Part shown: one piece after another, positions 57,479-64,000 of the stretch
Layout: each line of letters opens with the position of its first letter
Position numbering within the stretch: the stretch's first letter is position 1
NCBI GenBank assembly: GCA_020184695.1
Contig: JAANOX010000153.1
Coordinates: 186,001-250,000, forward strand
Source: Histomonas meleagridis 2922-C6/04-290x
Taxonomy: Eukaryota > Protista > Parabasalia
Direction of reading: 5' to 3'
Length of the DNA: 64,000 nucleotides
Notes under the pieces: generated by a model
Told to the model about the DNA's origin: nothing
Databases searched by the model: none
The model's input: only the letters and a program-made list of their open reading frames with translations
Translations under genes and position numbers: made by a program

Positions 57479-57921
57479 GGAAAATATTATATTTAAATTA
57501 TTTATGTTAGCATCTAGAGGAGGTTATATAAAAATAGTTAAATTACTTATTGATCAAAAAGGAATTGATATTAATGTTAAGGATGATATTAATATTAAAG
57601 ATATTTATTAATTTTATTCAAAGATTATTTTAATGATATGCTATTTTAAAATAATATTTGGAAATTGTTTAAATTATTTAGAACGGCACTTATGTAGCAT
57701 CTGAAAAAGGTCATACAGAAATAGTTAAATTACTTATTGATCAAAAAGGAATTGATATTAATGTTAAGGATGATATTAATATTAAAGATATTTATTAATT
57801 TTATTCAAAGATTATTTTAATAATATGCTATTTTAAAATATTTAAAACATCACTTAATTATACAAAAAATATTGAAATTGTTGATTTGTTCTCTATAAAA
57901 GAAAAATGTCAGAAACAATAA
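57479..57921 (+). pseudogene. Orphan ankyrin fragment, locus E, with one intact and one collapsed cassette block
   Basis: ...KGIDINVKDDINIKD, block 57603-57682 (K,A,G,R), then ACG GCA CTT ATG with a 1-nt deletion, second repeat, partial block 57790-57846, final segment ending in TAA 57919-57921. Confidence 0.7.
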
Positions 57922-58985
57922 ATGGTTTGCTTATTTTTTATCGGAACTCATTATAATAGAATTTTTTTATTCAAAACTATATTTTATTTTTATGAAACAT
58001 TTAAATGTGGGTACTTTCGTGAAATGAATGTATTTTTTCATTATAGATTGTGAATTTGAATAGGTGAATGAAAATGAAACACTTTTGGTAGGTATTAACA
58101 TTTCAGATTTTAAATTTGTTATTAATGATGGAATATTTGGATTCTCTGGAATTAAAAATGTTTTTATTTCTCCTACATTTTCTGCAAAGTCAACTGCTGA
58201 TATATGAAGATATATATTTGTTTCTGTGAATGGAATAATATTATTTGTTGTATTATGCGTTAATTTATTCATTGATACATTTTCATTTGAAGAAAATGTG
58301 TAAATATAATAATTTATACCTGTGAATACTGAAACTTAAATTTCTTCTGAAGTAATATTTTCTATATCATTTGAAATAGATAATGCCATAACTTTATACA
58401 TAAAATTAGATCCAATATCCTCTGTAATAATCTAATGTCAATTAATGATTCCTGTAATAATCTTTATAAATAACGACAACATCTAAAGTTCACTTGGCCA
58501 ACCCCGAAGAAGAAATACTTTTTGAATGATATAATTAAAAAAATTTGTTTATTATTTTGAAAGATCAATTGAATTGTTAACATGGGAGATTTGGAAAAAT
58601 AAAATTGTTCGCGAACTTATGAATTCTAACACTAACGGTCTAAATGCAAAGCCGAACGTTTAAACGTTTATGTCCACATACGAATATTTCTCTTTCATAT
58701 TAACCTAATCGAGAAATTTCACCATGCCTAAATTTGAAACAACTTAATATCAAAATATCAACCTTGAAATTAAACGTGAATTAATAAGAACAAATTATTA
58801 ATATTTCATTATAAAGTAAGGAAAGCAATAACATAATACCCATTGGGTTTTAAGGTGAGCCATACACTTGCTTTATCCAACAGTACTAAAGATGAGTTCA
58901 ACATAAATTTAATATGGAACAAAAAGAAATACTTAGTAAAGAAATAAAATTATTATTATGAGAGTTTTACTTTGATGAAAAACAT

Positions 58986-59660
58986 TTATTCGCTTTTAAG
59001 CGTTATTCCGAATGACGGGAGTCGCTTATAAATAGATATGAATTTTGTGAAAAGAAGAACATAGCCAATGATCTGCATTAAAGAGGCCATGGTGTATATT
59101 GCGTTTTCTAATTGATCGGAATTCAAAAGTATAAGAAAACCGGAGATGTAATTAATTGGTCCAATAAAATCCCAAACAAAATCAACTGTTTGAACATCAA
59201 GTTTCGCCTTCTCCATATGCGAGTCAATAATATAGAAATAAATAGATAACAAAACATAAGTAATAATAGCAAATAAAGAATGATACTTTTGGCTACCAGC
59301 AAGATTGACCGTTGATAATGCAATTAGTGATGCAAAAGAAAGAAAGGCTATTACATTTCTTATAAACCTTGTAATTTTGATTGAAAATGATTTATCGCAC
59401 TTATTGTTTTTAAATCGAATCATAAGGATTTTATCAATAATAATGAATAATGGTATTGTCAACCAAGAAGTGATATTGATTGCAACAGAATATATCCTAC
59501 TTTCAGGTAAAATTGTTGTAGCTTCAGAAATCAAAGGGAAGCGTTGAATATCATGAGAAAGTATATATAACAATATACATAATAGAGAAGCAGAAATTGG
59601 TAATAATGCGACAATATAGAAAAATAACCCAAATCTATAAATTGAACTTTCTTTTTTCAT
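58986..59660 (-). CDS. Frag1/DRAM/Sfk1-like multi-pass membrane protein
   Basis: About six hydrophobic helices; PLISEATTILPESRIY resembles the family PYISDxxxxPPExxIF motif. Confidence 0.65.
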   Translation of the reverse strand: MKKESSIYRFGLFFYIVALLPISASLLCILLYILSHDIQRFPLISEATTILPESRIYSVAINITSWLTIPLFIIIDKILMIRFKNNKCDKSFSIKITRFIRNVIAFLSFASLIALSTVNLAGSQKYHSLFAIITYVLLSIYFYIIDSHMEKAKLDVQTVDFVWDFIGPINYISGFLILLNSDQLENAIYTMASLMQIIGYVLLFTKFISIYKRLPSFGITLKSE

Positions 59661-59790
59661 ATTTTGGTCAGCAGTTTTAAACGGTTTCCCATCACATCAC
59701 AAATTCACTTTTTGAATATATTTTGATCGTATACAAACGGTTATGATTGAATCCTTAACAATTGTAATTTATTTATTAAAACATTAATAC

Positions 59791-60810
59791 TTAAGACCTT
59801 AAGGAAGAAAGAAGCCAATTTTCTTTTGTATTATTTTCGCTTTCTGAAGCTGTTGGTTCGCTTTCATTTTCTTCATCAAAGAAGTCCAGCACAAATTCAC
59901 TTTTCAGATCTCCTTTCCAAATCTCGAACTCATTTGTTTTTGTTGCTTTCTTAGACACCTTTATTTCTGTTTTATGTGGTTCATATCCTAAGAAATCAGA
60001 TTCGTTTCCAACTGAAAACAAGTGTGGTTTGAAAGAATTGACTGCATCATTAGTTATAGCTGCCCAAGTTTTTGCTACTTCCATTGCTATATTTCGCGCA
60101 TCTTCAATATTTTGTGGCATATGTGAATCAAGAAATATTTGTTGTAACCATTCGTCAAACACAAAAAGTGAAAAACCGTCGCATGAGTGAAGTTCAACAA
60201 GCGTTGGGTCGACAAGAATCTTTCCCTTAAAGAAGCCGACAGTTACGCACACTGGCTTAATTATAAAAGCGATTTTATGTGTACGGCGTTGTGATGGCCT
60301 GTAAAGAAGTCCAGATGATGTATCAAATGAGGGAAATCGAAGTTGACTCAGTGAAATGTAACAAGCAATAACAGAAGCATCTAGTAACCCTCCATCATCA
60401 TCGCCAATAAATATTTGTGTGGTAATGCGCCAAACTTTTTCTCCTGGTTTCATGCAGAGAGCTGATTCTTCAAAAATATTAGAGCTTCGCCAAATGTATT
60501 GAAAGTATGTTTGAAATGTTTTAGTTGTGGTATTAGGAAATATATTAGGATTGGAGGATTGGAAACAAACAGAAAAAAATCCTTTGTTGGGATTATTTTC
60601 ATTTGGAACAACAATTTTTGCTGTAGACATTGCTGTGATCATGGTATTCCCTAGTTTTACGCATACAGATCCAGGTTTATCTGAATCAATAATTTCAAGT
60701 TTACGTGGAGCTTCAAAACCACGGCAATCATGACGTACACCTAATTTAAGAGCTTCCAAGTTTGTTTGAAATTCATTTGAAGAAACTTGGAGAGCTTTTT
60801 GGAACAACAT
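59791..60810 (-). CDS. RRP45: Exosome RNase PH-like subunit Rrp45 (EXOSC9)
   Basis: GVRHDCRGFEAPRKLEI, VKLGNTMI, LCMKPGEKVWRI..., DDDGGLLDAS; track start at 60822 is TTG, first ATG is 60810. Confidence 0.8.
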   Translation of the reverse strand: MLFQKALQVSSNEFQTNLEALKLGVRHDCRGFEAPRKLEIIDSDKPGSVCVKLGNTMITAMSTAKIVVPNENNPNKGFFSVCFQSSNPNIFPNTTTKTFQTYFQYIWRSSNIFEESALCMKPGEKVWRITTQIFIGDDDGGLLDASVIACYISLSQLRFPSFDTSSGLLYRPSQRRTHKIAFIIKPVCVTVGFFKGKILVDPTLVELHSCDGFSLFVFDEWLQQIFLDSHMPQNIEDARNIAMEVAKTWAAITNDAVNSFKPHLFSVGNESDFLGYEPHKTEIKVSKKATKTNEFEIWKGDLKSEFVLDFFDEENESEPTASESENNTKENWLLSSLRS

Positions 60811-61514
60811 TCTTAGAAACAAAAACCGTCAGTAAAACTGTCAAAACATAAACGGTCACATCCCCTCTGTTTTTGCCACGCATTTAACTTTTTGAGAAAC
60901 TATAGAAATATTTTTCAATCATTTATAATTCAAAAATATCTTCAAGTGAACTTTTTACTTTATTCAACAAAAGCTTTTTTTTTAAATTTTGTTAAAACTT
61001 TATAAATTTCTTCTTTAGTCAAATTTTCCATCCAAGATTAATCTTTTCCCAAATGATTTTGCTTTTTTTCTGTCCTTTTTTTTATTTCGTAAATGCTTGT
61101 CTTCAAAATCACCAAGAATTTTCTAATGAAATTTCATTATAATTTTTCAAATCCAAAAGGATTTGTTAATCACAAAAATTTAAAAGAATTTCATCAAATA
61201 AATACACTGTAATAAAACCAGATGTAAGATAATTTCTTGTGTAACTTCAAAATGTTTTGGCATTTTTTTTAATTAAATCTTTTTAAGATCAGAATTAAAA
61301 CAGGAGTTTCAAATTCAAATTAGATGTGGAGAAAAATTAATTTTTCATTGAAGTTACGGTTTTTCACCCTGTTTAATTTATCCGGGCAAGACCGTTTAGA
61401 GATTTCACCTTTTAACAATTTGATTGAAAAAGTCACCACATTTTCAAAACGAGCGCAAAATTATGGGAAATTTCATTGTAAAACTTGTAAAAAACCGTCA
61501 CCAAAACCAACAAA

Positions 61515-63137
61515 ATGGAAAAAGAAACAAAAATATTAAAAAAAGAAGATTACCAAATAATCGAGCAAATTGGTGAAGGATCATATGGTAAAGTTTTTAA
61601 GGGTATTGATAAGCATACAAAAGAAATCGTAGCGATTAAGGTCATTGAATTAGAAACAGACTGGCTCCCTTTATTAGCCGAGATTAATATGGTTATAGAT
61701 CTTCACCATGACTCCATTGTAAATTATTATGGTTGGTTCTTTGAAGAAGGAAAATTATGGCTCATAATGGAGTACTGCGATGGAGGATCATTATCAGATA
61801 TTATGAACATTATCGATAGTGGACTCAATGAACTACAGCTTTCTGCCATATGCCGAGGTGTTTTGGAATCATTAGTTTATATCCATTCTAAAAATAGAAT
61901 TCACAGAGACATCAAAGCAGGCAATATCCTTATAACATCAGCTGGAAAAGTTAAGCTTTGTGATTTTGGTGTATCTGCCCAACTTAGTGATTTAAATTCC
62001 AAAACAGGTACTGTTATTGGATCCCCTTTTTGGATGGCACCAGAAGTTATAACAGGTGTAGGGCACGACACAAAAGCAGATATATGGTCATTTGGAATTA
62101 CTGCTCTTGAATTGTATTCTCGTTACCCACCTTTATTTGATATTGGTGTTCTTCCTGCAATGATGCAAATTCCTCGTAATGATCCACCTCAAGCACCACC
62201 ACATTCATCCCATGCATTTAGAGAGTTCATTTCAAGGATAATGAAAAAAGATCCACAACTCCGTCCTACAGCATCCGAACTTCTTAATGATCCATTCATC
62301 CATAACTCTGATGGGAGGTATGTTCAAATTGTCCAAGATCTTGTTCAATTATTCAAAGATCGGAACGCAAATCAAAAAGAACTGCACTTTTCGAATAAAG
62401 TATTGGATCCTAATAAGGATAACTCAACACTTGCATCTGCTCAACGAGAAACGCTTGTTGTACGCACCACACAAGGATATATTCCACCTGTACATGTTTC
62501 TTCATGTGATGATGATAATGGCCAATATGAAGAAGATGAGTATGAATACGAAGATGAAGATGAAAACGAAGAAGAAGAATACACAGGAACATTTGTTGTG
62601 AATCAAGATCAATTAAAGACAATACTATATAATGATGGTACATTCATAGCAAATGATTCTGGAACTTTTGTTGAGAATCTTGGCACTTTTGTTGTAAACA
62701 ACAGTTTCAATGAAACAGGAACTATGGTTATCGAAAACAATGAAGAAAACAAGAAAAATGGAAATGGACTTAGTGGATGGAAGTTGAATTTTGATGACGG
62801 TAAAAGCAAAGATAATCAAAAACAGAAAAGGCATTTCCAAAATTTCAGAGATCAATATTTAATATATTTATTAAAGAACTTAAAAGAATTAGCATTAAAT
62901 GAATTAAAAGAGGATAAAAATGAAGAATTAGTTAAAGCTAATTATGAAGAAGTAAGAACTGCAATTGTTGATGAATTAATAAAAAGAGGAAAGAAAATCA
63001 AAAATGATTTCGGAAGTTTGGATTCGCCTAATGAAGAATTGGAAATTAAAGAAGAAAAAGAAGAAAAGAAAGTGGAAATGAATGTCAAACAAAGAAAACA
63101 TGAAAAGGAACAGAAAAAGAATTGTCAAATATATTAG
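61515..63137 (+). CDS. STE20/GCKII Ser/Thr kinase, MST/Hippo-like, with SARAH-like C-terminal helix
   Basis: GEGSYGKV, VAIK, HRDIKAGNIL, DFGVSAQL, TVIGSPFWMAPE; C-terminal NYEEVRTAIVDELIKR; M3-like AACCGT upstream (about 61494). Confidence 0.88.
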   Translation: MEKETKILKKEDYQIIEQIGEGSYGKVFKGIDKHTKEIVAIKVIELETDWLPLLAEINMVIDLHHDSIVNYYGWFFEEGKLWLIMEYCDGGSLSDIMNIIDSGLNELQLSAICRGVLESLVYIHSKNRIHRDIKAGNILITSAGKVKLCDFGVSAQLSDLNSKTGTVIGSPFWMAPEVITGVGHDTKADIWSFGITALELYSRYPPLFDIGVLPAMMQIPRNDPPQAPPHSSHAFREFISRIMKKDPQLRPTASELLNDPFIHNSDGRYVQIVQDLVQLFKDRNANQKELHFSNKVLDPNKDNSTLASAQRETLVVRTTQGYIPPVHVSSCDDDNGQYEEDEYEYEDEDENEEEEYTGTFVVNQDQLKTILYNDGTFIANDSGTFVENLGTFVVNNSFNETGTMVIENNEENKKNGNGLSGWKLNFDDGKSKDNQKQKRHFQNFRDQYLIYLLKNLKELALNELKEDKNEELVKANYEEVRTAIVDELIKRGKKIKNDFGSLDSPNEELEIKEEKEEKKVEMNVKQRKHEKEQKKNCQIY

Positions 63138-63526
63138 TTGAATAATTATTCACTGTAAAAAGCCATGCCATTATCGTAATAATTATGTTTTGTATTAAAA
63201 TATCTCTCAATATATTATTTTTATTCCTATGAATATTTTAAGTGATATAACATATCCGTAAAAGGAAATAATTATATGTAAAAATGATTTATTACTAATA
63301 CTTTTAGAACAAACATGTATAACTTCTGTTTCGTATCTACAAATAAATTAATATTAGTTTGATATGCATAATAAATATATTTTTGCTTTCACTTCCTACA
63401 TGACAATATTTACACGACATTAAAAAATGTATTAAAAATGAATAAATAATATCACTTAATTATTGAAATTTTTATTTAACATTAAAAACAATGCATCTAT
63501 ATAACACAGATTTATTCGAATAAGAT

Positions 63527-64000
63527 TTATTGAAATTGTGGCAATTGTAAAATCTTCTGAATGAGTTCCATCACATAATACGTCTGCGTGTTGCAAGGTA
63601 TATTATAAAATGCCGGCACTTGCACAAACACGCAGCCGCCAATTATACCCTTTGATACTGCTCTTAATCCATGCGCGTAAAAGTAATTAAACAAAAACCT
63701 GTCCTGATCATGATATAGTCTAAAAGGACTTTGCATATTTCCAATAACATCACTTAAATTAATTGGATTCGATATCATTTCGCCGAATTCCATTTCCTCG
63801 AAAATCTTTTCTCCGATTGGAGATTCATTTAACGCATCCGGAACAAGAAAATTCGTTTCGTTAAACGCTTCGGAAACAATTTTAATGTGCCGAGTTGTTT
63901 CGGTTGATCCGATTTGGATTAAAAGAGCTTTTTTATTCATTCCAATAGTGCACATAAGTTCCTTCGCATCTTGGATGCATGAACGAACTGGAACAAGATA
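63527..64000 (-). CDS. Pyroglutamyl-peptidase I (C15)-like protein, 5'-partial, catalytic residues apparently lost
   Basis: EAFNETNFLVPD, DRFLFNYFY, CVFVQVPAFYNIP; frame is open to the window edge. Confidence 0.6.
   Translation of the reverse strand, partial: YLVPVRSCIQDAKELMCTIGMNKKALLIQIGSTETTRHIKIVSEAFNETNFLVPDALNESPIGEKIFEEMEFGEMISNPINLSDVIGNMQSPFRLYHDQDRFLFNYFYAHGLRAVSKGIIGGCVFVQVPAFYNIPCNTQTYYVMELIQKILQLPQFQ

Noticed and set aside
57967-58272. 101-aa minus-strand ORF
   Set aside because: AT-rich, no recognisable domain; cannot be supported as a gene

Overview
AT-rich, gene-dense, almost intron-free eukaryotic DNA. The gene content points to a parabasalid, probably Tritrichomonas-like (inference): a BspA-like surface protein, DUF3447-ankyrin genes, an NlpC/P60 hydrolase, a BEACH protein, and Inr/M3/M5-type core promoters. 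About 25 ordinary genes and one tRNA-Arg(ACG) are present. The outstanding signal lies in five DUF3447/ankyrin loci (about 11.4-13.8, 19.6-22.2, 26.2-27.5, 30.5-30.8 and 57.5-57.9 kb). In the intact genes, 90-nt segments each encoding 30 ankyrin-consensus residues alternate with frame-breaking 80-nt AT-rich blocks. Each 80-nt block resolves into four 20-nt modules, each a 17-nt spacer followed by one codon. Removing the spacers restores the ankyrin beta-hairpin x-x-G-x (KDGK, NHGY, DYGF, KRGY, KKGE and others) and a continuous reading frame. The spacers lack GT-AG ends and the parabasalid intron motif. This suggests a non-canonical processing or recoding system with single-codon micro-exons placed on the target-binding loop of ankyrin repeats. 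I know of no description of it, but I could not run a search, and the mechanism (RNA excision, ribosomal bypass or DNA editing) cannot be determined from the sequence.
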